Of a DNA stretch of 64,000 nt, positions 22,042 to 34,300 are shown one piece after another. This DNA comes from Opitutales bacterium (GTDB taxonomy: Bacteria > Verrucomicrobiota > Verrucomicrobiia > Opitutales > UBA2987). Below the pieces are notes generated by a model. It saw nothing but the letters and a program-made list of their open reading frames with translations, was not told where the DNA came from and made no database searches. Made by a program: the position numbers and the translations under genes. Each line of letters opens with the position of its first letter. Position 1 is the first letter of the stretch. The stretch is taken from the NCBI GenBank assembly GCA_965226885.1, contig CBDDEL010000015.1, positions 96,001 through 160,000 on the forward strand. The letters run 5' to 3'.

Positions 22042-22941
22042 TCAGGCGGCGCCCATAAAGTCGCACAAATGGGCGTAGAGTTCGCGCCCTTGAAGAGTAT
22101 TTTCAAGAAGATCGTCGGCCAGTTTTACCCGGCCTCTTTCAAAAAATGTCAGGACCATGGAGCCGCCGAAGCGAAAATACCCTTTTTCCGAGCCGCCCGA
22201 TACGCTCTTGCCCGGGACATAGGTTTGCCGGATCGTTCCCACGCACGTAGCCCCCACTTCCATCATGAGGACTCTTCCAAACCGTTCGGTCAGCAAGATC
22301 GTCAGGCAGCGTTTGTTTTCCCACAAAATGGCCGGGTTTTTTTTCAGGGCAATGGGGTTGACGGAATAGAGGAATCCGTTGAGCAATCGCGTTTTACCGG
22401 GATTCCCCGCGACCGGAAAATATATCCGATGACAATCAACTGGGCAGAGGCGCGATACCACCAGGGAACCGTTCCGGTATTGATGGGCCAGAGCCTCGTC
22501 CTGAAAAAGGGCGGGCAGGTTGAATGCCTGGCCTTTGACATGCAAGCCATCGATTTGAGTGATATCCTGGAAGCCCAGATGCCGCCCGTCCACCGGGAAA
22601 AGGACCGCATCGTTCCTCGGTTCGACTGGGCGCGATTCCGGTTTCAGCCGGCGCGAAAAAAAATCGTTGAAAGTCTTATAATTCTCAACCGGCAGTTCAA
22701 AATGCGATGTGTCCAGGTGGTAGGCCCGGCAAAAGGGGCGCACTTTTTTACGGCTGCCGGGTTGATTCATTCTCCATCCGTAGAAGCGTGAAAACCAGAG
22801 CCTTTTTACGGCCGCCGATAGAACCAGCCGGCCAGCCGGTTTTTCGTAAACCCGCCGCAGCCATTTTTCACCGTAAATCCGCTCACTCTCCACACACTGT
22901 GTGTAGCGGTTGAAATACTGTATGGTGTTCTCTCGATCCAT
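22042..22941 (-). CDS. psd: Phosphatidylserine decarboxylase
   Basis: FNDFFSR, RLCPVDCHR, GYFRFGGS autocleavage motif. Confidence 0.92.
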   Translation of the reverse strand: MDRENTIQYFNRYTQCVESERIYGEKWLRRVYEKPAGRLVLSAAVKRLWFSRFYGWRMNQPGSRKKVRPFCRAYHLDTSHFELPVENYKTFNDFFSRRLKPESRPVEPRNDAVLFPVDGRHLGFQDITQIDGLHVKGQAFNLPALFQDEALAHQYRNGSLVVSRLCPVDCHRIYFPVAGNPGKTRLLNGFLYSVNPIALKKNPAILWENKRCLTILLTERFGRVLMMEVGATCVGTIRQTYVPGKSVSGGSEKGYFRFGGSMVLTFFERGRVKLADDLLENTLQGRELYAHLCDFMGAA

Positions 22942-23083
22942 GAACGTGCCTTTTTATTGCCACCAGGGCCAGACGTGAAGGATTCCAATGCCGGAATATT
23001 TGCCGGGTCAAAAGAATAATGCAGAAACAGGTGGGAGGCGATTCATTGCTTACCGTATTAAACCAATGTGAATTACCCTAATT

Positions 23084-23105
23084 CGGTTTTATCCCTACGT
23101 TTACA
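23084..23105 (-). mobile_element. Degenerate IS21-type end
   Basis: Reverse complement TGTAAACGTAGGGATAAAACCG is 19/22 identical to the IS21 end at 35651. Confidence 0.55.
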
Positions 23106-23149
23106 AATGTAGTCCTCCTTTGTAGTTCGCACTGCAAACTCAAGGCAGT

Positions 23150-26100
23150 CTATGTCCGCATTGGCAGGATGCGATACTTGATTTCAAGAGTTACACAGTG
23201 AAGCACAAGGTCTGCCTCCACCCGAGGATTCCGTTTCCGGAGCAGGACTTTTACCTCATTCCACCCCTGCTTAATCCAGCCCGCTTCTCCAACATCGTAT
23301 CGAAACGCATAGTTGCCCTGCATGGCATTGGGGCCCGGGCCCACGATGTATCGCATGGGAAGTTCCGATGGGACGGTCGGCGGCAGGGTCCTGCCGTTCA
23401 GTTCTAACTCGAGCGCGTCCAGCGAGGTCATGCAGACCAGAATCAACTCGAGAGTCACTGCCTCCAGGAGGCCCCTGTGCGCGGCGGTCACCAGGTCGTC
23501 GCCGACCATGAGACGAATCGTTTCTCCAGGTCCGGCAGGCCTCTCCTCCAGCGTCATCGGTAACGCATAGTCGCAGCCGCCGAATATGGGCCGATGAGGC
23601 CATGTGCGCACCCCACCGAAATGTGGAGCGATTGCATAAAGTTTGTCCCTGAACTCCAGCCTGGCAGGATCTCCGAGCTGAGACAAGACCTCGGTTTCGT
23701 CGATGTTCGCAATCGTTTGGTGATGGAAGTTGAACAGGTAGATACCGTCTACACCCGCCCTCCAGGCGTTGAGCGCCCCCGCACGCAGGGCCGACGCCGG
23801 CGGGCACCACCCACCATGCGCATGTGGCCCCGGACCCACCTGCTCGGAGGTGCAGCCAAGGATGCGGCACTCCACACCCTTGGCCATTTCCAGAAAGGAC
23901 TCGAACGGGAGGTGTGTTACCGTATCATATATAGAGGCTGTCCCAAAAGGGTGATTTTTGCGAGGGCTTTTGATAGGCGCTCATTTTAGAGGTATTTGCA
24001 TTTGGGAGAGTATCAACTTTGCTCTCCTATGACGTTAGGATACTGGTTTTGGGGTCCGGTTGCCTGGTTTTCTTTGTATGAGCCGACAGTAAGGCTGTGA
24101 AAAAGTATTGTCCTTGCTTTTCCGCTCTCTAGGCCGCCGCTTTGGTTTTTAGTTCGTCTTGCTGGGCCAGCATCTTGGCTACTTTCCATAGGTTGTGCGA
24201 GAGTACCGACCAGGCTACGCTGATCGAGCGGTTGGCAAAGCCTTTGCTGCGCAACCGCCCGGCCTGCCAGCGATTCTTCAATACCCCGATCCGCCCTTCG
24301 GTGCTGGCCCGGCGCTTTTGCAATTGTCTGAACAGTGGTTCCTCCATCCGTTTTTTCAACTGCTTCGGATCGCGTGGACAGAGCGCGTCGTAGATTCCCT
24401 CCTGGGCTAACTGCCGGCGGGCCCGCTGGGAGGCAAATCCCCGGTCCGCGCACATGGCCGCTATGGGTTCTTCCAGGTTGAAGCGGTTCTGTCTTTGCAA
24501 ACTCTCTTGCATTTGTTCATTTTCGCTTGGAGTTCGGCTGCCGTAGAGTTTCCAGTCCAGCAGGTACCCTTCAACGCTTTCTCCCAAAAACAGGGTGTTG
24601 CCGAACTCGACCTCTTGGCCCGCTTTACCTCGCACAATCACCTGCACATCGAGTTCGTAAACACTCAAGACTTTCTCTGCGTTTTTCACCTGGCGGCCGC
24701 CAATGATCCGCTCGTGCGCCTGTTTGATGACCACCGGGATTTGCTCGCTCATGCGCTCCATCCGGGCGAGGATCTGTTGGACCTGTTTTTCGCTGTAATC
24801 GCTTTGCTCCCAGCAGGCTTGCAATAATTCCCGGTGACTGATTCCCGGTGACTGCGGGCATGCTCCCCGATCCGTTTGAGCAGCTTTTTCATCTGCCTCA
24901 AGATACCCTTGCGCTGCCGCGCGCTGTCCTTTCGCCGCCGGCTGTGGGTCATCTGTATGCACAGCCGATTCATCTGCCGAGCCAAGGGCTCCGGTTCGAT
25001 CGGCATGCGATGGCGCAAACCGGCCTTCTCGCGGATCAGCCGGATCGCTTTGAGCAACGTGCCGGCTACATCCTTGAGTAATACCCAGTCCGTCGGCCAA
25101 TGAATGTTAGCCTCCAAACAGGTGCCGTCGATCAGGCAAATGGTGGTGTCAATCGGCTTGTCCAATCCCACCTGCCGGGCCAGAAGGGCATCGCCCACCA
25201 CCTCAGTCAAGGTCCGGTGCAAGGCCCTCAACTGCTCTTCGCTGAAAAACTTCGAGGCCCGCTCCAGGGTGCTTTTGGAGATGCCCCTGATGCCATCGAT
25301 CTGCCGGACACGGCAAAAGTCGGCCAACAGATCGCTGCTGCCCAGAGCCCGCGACAAATGCCGAAACGAAATCCCTCCGAGCAGACGGCCCAGCGTATCC
25401 ATGCGCAGTGCCTTGATGGCAAAACTGGCCCGCTGCCGCCGGGCCTTTAGACCCATTGGCGGCCACCCCTCCAAGGCCAGCTCAATGGCCTGCGATTCCA
25501 CCTCCGAGTCGATCAGCAGCCGATCGATTCGATCAATGGTGGCGCGGAAGTTATCGTAATCGAGGCACCGGTCGACCACAGTTAAAGCTGGACGCAGGAG
25601 GCATTGGATGGCTATATTTTTCATAGAAAGGGCTATATTGATTTTCGCTAACTCAATTATAGAACCCTTTTTTGGCCGGATCGAGCAAAAACTTGCTCTT
25701 TCCGGCTCTTTTTATCAACGTCATCCAGTTGACTATAAAATCTTTATATTTTTGGGACAGCCTCTATATAGGCGTAGGTGACACATAATCTACAAGGCCT
25801 TCTTTGATCCAGGTCTCCAACTCCAGACCAATCTCGAAACACTTCTCCGGCGTACCCAACACCCGGATTCCGAACCCTATAGAACGGCCACGCGATTCAC
25901 CCACACGGTTCAGTAGCGCCCGCGCCTCTCGCATGTATGCCGTCAACATCGGCCGGCCCTGCTCCATGTCAGGAAAGTGCGAGCCGGGGTGCCGAGTGAG
26001 GTCCCACTCGAATCCATCCACATCGTAGCGCGTGCAGGCCTCTCGTAGCGCGTGCAGGCCTCCTCCAGCAGGGCCAGGCGGTGGGCTCGCACCTGTGGTA

Positions 26101-26581
26101 TGGCGAAATTCATGCCAGAAGACTGTTTCTGAAGCCGCTCCTGGGGGGAGGCGCTCTTATCGCCCAGTTCGTACTCCGGATGGTTGCTGAGAAACTCGCT
26201 CTTCCACTGAAAGCGGGAACCGTGCAGGTCGTTGAAGCGGTTGCCCACCCAATACTCCATCCCGGCCGCGTGCGCGGCTTCGAGGGATTTCTGCCAGGGG
26301 TCGATTCCCTCTTCCCAGAGCCCGAACAGCGTCTCCTGCTGCCGCCACTCGCTCACATAGCCGACCTTGTCCGTGCGGATGCCCCTGGCGCCGGCTACCT
26401 CAGTCTGCCAGAGCGGAACGGAGTCGCCGAATCCGAACATATGGCAAACCACGGCATCCACCTGCGTACCGATGAAGCGCCCGACGGCCTCATAGACAAA
26501 TTCCTCCGGCGTCATCGGCGGCGCGCAGTAGAGGAGAAAGCTCCCGTCGTTGTGGCAGAAGAAGCGCGGTGGTGTGGTCAT
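23150..26581 (-). pseudogene. Glycoside hydrolase-like TIM-barrel protein (GHL10-like), broken by an IS and a 20-bp duplication
   Basis: HNDG, RFNDLH, NFAIPQVR, DGFEWD, GVDGIYLFNF; removing the IS, one TATATA and one 20-mer restores a 524 aa frame. Confidence 0.8.
23934..25764 (-). mobile_element. IS5/ISNCY-like element copy 1, transposase frameshifted by a 14-bp duplication
   Basis: Ends GAGGCTGTCCCAAAA/TTTTGGGACAGCCTC; DGTCLEANIHWPTD, GKAGQEVEFG, ADRGF; duplication TATATA. Confidence 0.93.
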
Positions 26582-26591
26582 GTTACAGGAT

Positions 26592-26619
26592 TGTAAATGT
26601 CGGAGTAAAACAAGGACAC
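26592..26619 (+). mobile_element. Degenerate IS21-type end
   Basis: TGTAAATGTCGGAGTAAAAC is 16/20 identical to the IS21 left end. Confidence 0.45.
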
Positions 26620-26834
26620 CGATAATTATGTAAACCGAGATTTCTCATAGGGTGGATATGGATCGTTAAAATTATCGCCCTTGGGGTATTTCGGGTGAAA
26701 ATTGCTCCTTTCAATACGCTTGGGCAATGATTTTTTCTCGGTATCTGCCAGTAGAATGGGCGGTAATTACTATTCGTTGAGGATTTTGCCGTTGTTCGGC
26801 GAAAACTGGGGTGAGTTATTCTGTGCGGTTAAAT

Positions 26835-29416
26835 TTATTTCGAAATAATTTCCAGCCGGTCATCGACGACTTTGAGTGTGACGATTTCTCCTTCCTCGAA
26901 CCGATCGCCTAGAAGAGCTCGGGCTAAGGGATTTTCTACCTGTTTTTGCAAAAAACGTTTCAGCGGACGAGCCCCGTAAACAGGATCGTAGCCGCGTTCC
27001 GCAATCCATTGGCGGGCCCCGTTGGCCAGCTCGATTTGGATGTTCCGGTCCCGCAGGCGACGGTTCAGATCGTCAATCAGCAAATCCGTTATCTGGGTAA
27101 TTTCATCCAGTGAGAGCGGTTTGAAAATAATCGTGTCGTCCACTCGGTTCAAAAATTCGGGACGGAAATTCTGCCGCAGTTCGCTCCATACCGCTTCCCG
27201 CACGGAATGAGGAATTTCATCCCCCATAACCCCTTCCTGCAAATACCGGCTGCCCGTATTGGAGGTCATGATAATTACGGTGTTTTTAAAATCAACGGTG
27301 TGCCCCTGCGCATCGGTGATGCGGCCATCGTCCATTATTTGCAGCAGGACGTTGAAGACATCCGGGTGGGCTTTTTCGATCTCGTCAAAAAGAATGACCG
27401 CATACGGTTTGCGGCGCACCGCCTCCGTCAACTGGCCTCCTTCTTCGTAACCGACATATCCCGGCGGCGCTCCCAGCAAACGCGAGACGCTGTGTTTTTC
27501 CATGTATTCGGACATGTCCAGCCGCACCAGGTTTTGTTCGCTGTTAAAAAGAGACTGGGCCAGCGTTTTGGCCAATTCGGTCTTACCCACTCCGGTGGGA
27601 CCGAGAAAAAGAAAACTGCCAATCGGACGACCGGGGTCTTTGATGCCGGAGCGGGCCCGCAAAATCGCGTCGGCCACTCCCTGCACGGCCTCGTCCTGCC
27701 CAATGACGCGCTCGTGCAGCGTTTCTTCGAGTCGGAGCAGCTTTTTCCTTCTCGCCTTCCAGCAGGCGCGTCACGGGGACGCCAGACCATTTGGAGACGA
27801 TCTCGGCAACCTCGTCCGCCGACACTTCCTCCTTGATCAAATCTCCGAGTTCGCATTTTGCCTCCAGGCCGGCCATTTGCTCCTCCAGTTGCGGCAGGCG
27901 GCCGTGGCGCAATTCGGCCAGTTTGTTCAAATCGTAATGGCGTGTTTCGTGGCCTCAATCTCCTCGCGGATTTTGCGCACTTCGTCCACCGATTGCTTTT
28001 CCCTTTCCCATTTGCGCCGGAGTGCGTCCGCCTTTTCCCGTTTGCCGGCCAGCTCGCGGCGGAGGTCCTCCAGGCGCCGTCGGCTGGCGTCATCCTTTTC
28101 CTTGACTAGGGCGGCCTCCTCGATTTCCAGTTGCAGCACCCGGCGGTTCAAGCCATCCAGATCCGTCGGCAGACTGTCCATTTCCGTGCGGATGAGGGCG
28201 CAGGCTTCATCTATCAAGTCGATGGCCTTGTCCGGCAAAAAACGCTCGCTCAGGTAGCGGTTGGAGAGCACAGCCGCATCGCGACCAGGGCGTTGTCCTG
28301 AATACGGACCCCGTGATGCACCTCATACCGTTCCCTAAGACCCCTCAGGATGGATATGGTGTCTTCCACCGTGGGTTGATCCACCAAAATGGTTTGAAAG
28401 CGCCTCTCCAGGGCGGCGTCTTTTTCAATGTATTGCCGGTATTCGTCCAGGGTGGTCGCCCCAATGCAATGCAGTTCCCCTCGGGCCAGCATCGGTTTGA
28501 GCATGTTGCCGGCATCAATGGCGCCTTCCGCCATACCCGCCCCGACGATGGTGTGCAGCTCGTCGATAAACAGGATGATGCGCCCTTCACTGCCTTTGAT
28601 CTCTTTCAAGACGGCCTTCTTCAGTCTTTCTTCAAACTCGCCCCGGTATTTGGCTCCCGCCACGAGGGAACTCATATCGAGGGCAAAGAGCGTCTTCTCC
28701 TTCAAACCATTGGGCACATCGCCCCACACGATGCGCTGGGCCAGCCCCTCCACGATGGCCGTTTTGCCCACCCCCGGTTCCCCGATGAGAACCGGATTGT
28801 TCTTCGTCTTGCGGGACAAAATGCGAATGACCCTGCGAATCTCCGCATCGCGCCCGATAACCGGGTCCAGTTTCCCCTGGTGCACCTGCTGGACCAAATC
28901 GATACCGTATTTTTCCAATGCCTGATAAGTGGCTTCCGGGTTTTGCGTCGTCACTCGCTGGTTGCCTCGAAGTTCCTTCAGTGCTGCCAGCGCCTTTTTT
29001 TCTGTAATTTCAAAATTATCGAAAATTTTCTTCAATTCCAGATGGCCGGTGGTTTTCAGCAAACCGAGAAAAAGGTGTTCCGCGCTGATAAATTCGTCGC
29101 GCAGTTCCCCCGCCACCTCCTCCGCCCGGTTGACGGCATCCTGGAAAGCCTGGGTGATCATCATGCGCCCGGCCTCCACGCTTCCGGTTACCGCGGGAAG
29201 TCGGTCCAGTTCGCGCTCCAGGGCCAGCTCTACCGCGCTCGGAGTGACAGACATCTGCTCCAGCAACGCGGCCGCCACGCCATCTTCCTGCCCCACGAGC
29301 GCCCGCAGCAAGTGCCAGCCGTCCGTCTGCTGATGATTGCGGCGACGGGCAATATTCTGTGCCTCCAAAATAGCCTGGCGGGACTTTTCGGTAAATTTAT
29401 TCAAATCGATATTCAT
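26835..29416 (-). pseudogene. clpB: ClpB disaggregase with three frameshifts
   Basis: Both Walker A motifs ([16 protein letters not shown]) and coiled-coil M domain present; frame breaks near 28280, 27935 and 27745. Confidence 0.92.
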
Positions 29417-29661
29417 ACAATTCCCATTTAATTGCATAAATCGTTCCAAATTCCGCAAACCTGCCCCCAAGCGGAAATTGCCCCACAAACCCCTTACCTA
29501 TGGGGACTCTCAAGCCCCTCATCAAAATGCCGGCGCACTCCGGAACCGGAACTCCCGTGCCATTCCGGGTGACACCGCACCTAAATGTGCCATTTTGACA
29601 CACTTAATCGCCGCCCAATCTAAGAATGGACTTACGGTGGGCGGCCCTCCCGCTCTATATT

Positions 29662-30534
29662 TCATTTTTTCCCTTTATGGCGGGAAAACATACCCAGGAT
29701 TTTTCCCGCGAAATCATCGGAGAGACCGAACCTGGATTTCAACCTGGAATAGAGATGGACGAGTATTTTATCGATCCAGACAAAGGGGGCTTTCCAGCTT
29801 TCGCCGGGGCGGGTTCTGTAGTCGGTGGAACGCCCTTTTTGGCTGGAATCTTCATTCAAGGTGTAATAATAAAGGGCCAGGCTGCGCCGGTAGCGGTCGG
29901 CGGGGCAGGTCATGGCATCGGGATGCCCGTGATAGGAGTGCTCGGAAGTTGAAAAAATCACGGCCCGGTTGAAAAAAGGCGCGATTTTAGCCTTCATCTC
30001 TTTCATGGGCCGGTCCCACAGTTCGAGGCTACCGCCCCATTCTTCTTTCCAGCCTTCATTGAGGTAAAGGATGAGATTGCAGCGCCTTTGCCAATTCGGC
30101 TTTTTGTGGTGCATGGTAAAGTCGGCATGCATGTTTAAAAAGCCTCCAAGGCCGCTCTGGTGCATGCCGCCGCCTTCCAGGCTGGGATCGGGCATCAACC
30201 CCGCAATGCCGGTCAGCCGGGACAAAAATTCGACAAACCTGGGCGAATTGAAGTCGTCGATGACTTTGCCGATCGCTTCCGGAAACTGGCTCCGTTTATT
30301 CAGACCGGTCTTGTTTTCATTGAAATGCCGGTATTTTATCCAGGCTTTGTCCCGCGGCGAGGGAAACTCCTTTAAGACTTCCCGCAAAACATCTTCTTCA
30401 TGGAAATTGTCCAGAAATATATGGGGAAATGGATCGCCTTTTTGATAACGTCCCGCCAGTTCGTCTAACTGGTCATCCCAGCGATTATAGGGAAATATCT
30501 CTTGTCGGCTCTCTGTGCGTTGAAAAACGGTCAT
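29662..30534 (-). CDS. 2OG-Fe(II) oxygenase
   Basis: HADF, NLILYLN, GGSLELW, SYHG, RRS. Confidence 0.88.
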   Translation of the reverse strand: MTVFQRTESRQEIFPYNRWDDQLDELAGRYQKGDPFPHIFLDNFHEEDVLREVLKEFPSPRDKAWIKYRHFNENKTGLNKRSQFPEAIGKVIDDFNSPRFVEFLSRLTGIAGLMPDPSLEGGGMHQSGLGGFLNMHADFTMHHKKPNWQRRCNLILYLNEGWKEEWGGSLELWDRPMKEMKAKIAPFFNRAVIFSTSEHSYHGHPDAMTCPADRYRRSLALYYYTLNEDSSQKGRSTDYRTRPGESWKAPFVWIDKILVHLYSRLKSRFGLSDDFAGKILGMFSRHKGKK

Positions 30535-30545
30535 GTGGCCTTATA

Positions 30546-31085
30546 TCAAGTCGGCTGCAATTCCGGTTTGAGAACGCCGATGCACCGCAAATTGCGATAG
30601 CGCTGGGCATAATCAAGCCCGTAGCCGATGACAAACTCGTCCGGAATATGAAAACCCACCCAATCGACCGAAAAATCGACTAGCCGGCGGACTTTTTTCT
30701 CCAACAAAACACAGGTTCGCAGGGAGGCCGGCTGCATCTCTTCCACATATTTGACAACTTTGGTGATAGTCTTTCCCGTATCGAAAATGTCATCCACCAG
30801 AAGAACGTGCCGGCCACCGAGATCGAGCGACAAGGTGCTGGTGATCTGCGGTGCGCCCACCGGGGTGGTCGAATTTTCGTAACTGGAAACGCGAATACAG
30901 TCGATCCTGACCGGCCCCGGCATGTTGCGAACCAAATCCGCGGTGAACAATATGGCCCCGTTGATGATGGAGATAACGGTTACTTCTTCATCTCCGTAAT
31001 GCTCGGAGATTTCCCCTGCCAGCTCCTTCACCCGCGTTTTAATTTGCTCCTCCGTTAACAACGTTTTAGAAAGATCGTTCAGCAT
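30546..31085 (-). CDS. hpt: Hypoxanthine phosphoribosyltransferase
   Basis: VSSY, LLVDDIFDTGKT, FVIGYGLDY. Confidence 0.93.
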   Translation of the reverse strand: MLNDLSKTLLTEEQIKTRVKELAGEISEHYGDEEVTVISIINGAILFTADLVRNMPGPVRIDCIRVSSYENSTTPVGAPQITSTLSLDLGGRHVLLVDDIFDTGKTITKVVKYVEEMQPASLRTCVLLEKKVRRLVDFSVDWVGFHIPDEFVIGYGLDYAQRYRNLRCIGVLKPELQPT

Positions 31086-31188
31086 TGGTGTGGTTTTTCC
31101 CGGAAATGAATTGAAGTTCAGAATAGTGATTAAGGTTCCCCAAAAAATATGTGACCGGCTCTTTTCAACCCGGCTTTTCATAACAAAG

Positions 31189-31333
31189 GAAGGCGCGGCA
31201 ATCCTGTCAACAGCCATGAAGGCGCGGCAATCCTGTCAACAGCCATGAAGGCGCGGCAATCCTGTCAACAGCCATGAAGGCGCGGCAATCCTGTCAACAG
31301 CCATGAAGGCGCGGCAATCCTGTCAACAGCCAT
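31189..31333. repeat. Perfect tandem repeat, 29 bp x 5
   Basis: GAAGGCGCGGCAATCCTGTCAACAGCCAT x5 with no spacers; each unit has TTGACA on the minus strand. Confidence 0.97.
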
Positions 31334-31357
31334 CCATGGCGGCGGTAAACTTTCCCC

Positions 31358-34300
31358 TCAAGCCGATGTCAAGGTAGTGTTGAAAGCCAGATTCGGGGCC
31401 AGCCATTTTTCCGCCTCTTCCAGGGTAACGCCTTTACGCCGGGCGTAGTCCTCGACCTGGTCCAGCCCGATCGGGCCAACGCGGAAATACTTCGATTCGG
31501 GACTTGCGAAATAGAGTCCCGAAACCGATGAGGCCGGATACATGGCGTAAGTTTCCGTCAGGCGGATGCCGGCATTTTTCTCCGCCTGCAAAAGGTCCCA
31601 GATAACCTGTTTTTGGGTGTGGTCCGGGCAGGTCGGGTAACCAGCCGCCGGGCGGATGCCGCGGTATTTTTCCTTGATCAGGTCTTGCAGCGAAAGTTCT
31701 TCCTCCTTGCCGTATCCGAGCAGGTCGCGAACTTTTTTATGCATCAGTTCGGCCAGTGCCTCGGCCATCCGGTCGCCAATGGCTTTCACCATTATGGATC
31801 GGTAGTCGTCCTTGTCTTTTTCAAAAGATGCCGCCCATTCGTCCAGCTCACTACCGGCGGTGACGGCGAAAGCTCCCACCGTGTCGGTCTTTCCGGTTTC
31901 CTTGGGCGCAACGAAGTCAGCCAGGCACAAATAAGGGGAGCCGCCCAATTTTTCCTGCTGCTGCCGAAGCATGTGCAAGGTGCCCAATGTCTTGCTCCTG
32001 GCGGTGTCGGAATAAATATTGATGTCGTCCCCATCGCTGTTGGCTGGCCAGAGTCCTATGACGGCGTTGGCCCTCATGCGTTTTTTGCGAATAATATCGT
32101 CAAACATCTCCTGGGCTTCGGTATAGAGTTCACGGGCCTGTTCGCCATGCCTGGGGTGGTCGAGAATTTTAGGAAAAACGCCCCTTAAATCCCAGGCCCA
32201 GAAAAACGGCGACCAATCGACGTAACCGGCAATTTCCTCCAGCGGATAATCGTTGAAAACCTGCACCCCGTATTGCGCTGGTTCGACCAAACTCGCATTC
32301 TCCCAATCGATGCGGATTTTTCCTTCCCGCGCTTCCGCCAGAGAAACCAGTTGAACAGGGTCCTTTTTCCCTTGGCGGATGCGCAACCTCTCATATTCCT
32401 GCCGTGTGTTTTGGACATAAGCCTCCTTTTTTTCCGCATTGAGCAAATGGCTGCAAACCTCCGTCACCCTGGAAGCATCGATTACATGATGGACCGGACC
32501 GGTGTAGAGCGGGGCAATTCTAATCGCCGTGTGCAGTTTGCTCGTGGTGGCGCCGCCGATGAGCAGCGGCGTGTCCATGCCCAGCCGGGCCATTTCCTCG
32601 GCCACATGCTCCATTTCCCCCAGCGAAGGCGTAATCAGGCCGCTCAGCCCGATCAGGTCGGCCGCCCGACTGCGGGCCGTTTCCAGGATTTTCTCACACG
32701 GGACCATCACGCCGAGATCGATCACCTCGTAGTTGTTGCAGGAAAGAATCACTTCCACGATTTTCTTGCCGATGTCGTGCACGTCGCCCCGCACCGTGGC
32801 CAGGACTATTTTCCCCCGCGACAGACTTTTCTGCGAGGATTCTTTTTCGGCCTCCATATAAGGCATCAGGTAGGCCACCGCTTTTTTCATCACCCGGGCA
32901 CTCTTGACCACCTGGGGTAGAAACATTTTTCCCGCCCCGAAAAGATCGCCCACGATTTTCATGCCATCCATCAGCGGGCCCTCGATGACGTGCAGAGGAC
33001 GGTCGTATTTTACCCGCGCCTCCTCCGTATCCTCCTCGATAAACGCGGTGATTCCCCGCACCAAGGAATGGCTAAGGCGTTTTTCAACCGTTTCCTCCCG
33101 CCAGGCCAACCGCTCCTTCTGGTCGATTTTTTTGCCGTCACCCTTAACCTGCTCGGCAAATTCGAGCAGCCGGTCGGTGGCGTCCTTTCTGCGATTGAAG
33201 AGAACATCCTCCACTTTCTCCAGAAGGTCTTTGGGGATTTCCTCGTAAACGGCCAACATCCCGGCATTGACGATGGCCATGTCCAGCCCTGCCTGGATGC
33301 CGTGGTAGAGAAAAGACGAATGCATGGCCTCGCGGATCACATTGTTGCCGCGAAAGGAAAACGATACGTTGCTCAGGCCGCCGCTGACCCGAACATGGGG
33401 GCAAGCCGCCTTGATCTCCGGGATCGCCTGGAGATAGTTTTTGGCGTAATCGTTATGCTCCTCCATGCCCGTGGCCACCGTCAGGATGTTGGGATCGAAA
33501 ATAATATCGGTGGCCGAAAGACCGGCTTTTTCCGTCAGCAGCCTATAAGCGCGACGGCAAATTTTCACCTTGTCCTCCTTGCCCGCCGCCTGGCCTTTTT
33601 CGTCGAAAGCCATCACCACGACGGCCGCCCCGTAGCGCCGGGCCAGCCGGGCCTGCCGCAGAAATTCCTCCTCCCCGCCTTTCAAACTGATGGAGTTGAC
33701 CACGCATTTGCCCTGCGCGCATTTGAGGCCCGCCTCGATCACCTCCCAATCGGAACTGTCGATCATGATTGGGACCCTTGAAATATCCGGTTCGGCCCCG
33801 ATTTGGTTCAAAAAAGTCGTCATGCAAGCCGGGCCGTCGAGCAAACCATCGTCGAAATTAACATCGATCATATTGGCCCCGTTTTCCACCTGCTGGCGGG
33901 CCACATCCAGGGCGGCCTCAAAATCCTCGTTTTTGATGAGCTTGCGGAAACGGGCCGAACCGGTCACATTGGTCCGCTCCCCGATCATCAAAAAGGGCGC
34001 ATAGGATCCCTTCAAATTGAGCGCCTCCAGACCGCTGTAACGGGAGGCAGGGGCAATATCGCGAATCTGCCGGGGTTTGAAATCCCCAACCGCACGGGCG
34101 ATGGCCCGGATATGGTCCGGGGTGCTCCCGCAGCAGCCCCCCACCAGGTTCAGCCAGCCCTCCCTGGCGAAATCGGCCAGCACCACCGCCATGTGTTCCG
34201 GGGTGTCGTCATATTCGCCGAAAGCGTTGGGCAGACCGGCATTGGGATAACAGCTCACAAAAGTATCCGCAATCCAGGACAACTCCTCGATGTAGGGCCG

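Noticed and set aside
31189..31333. CRISPR array (29-bp repeats)
   Set aside because: Units are directly adjacent with no spacers, and no cas genes are present.
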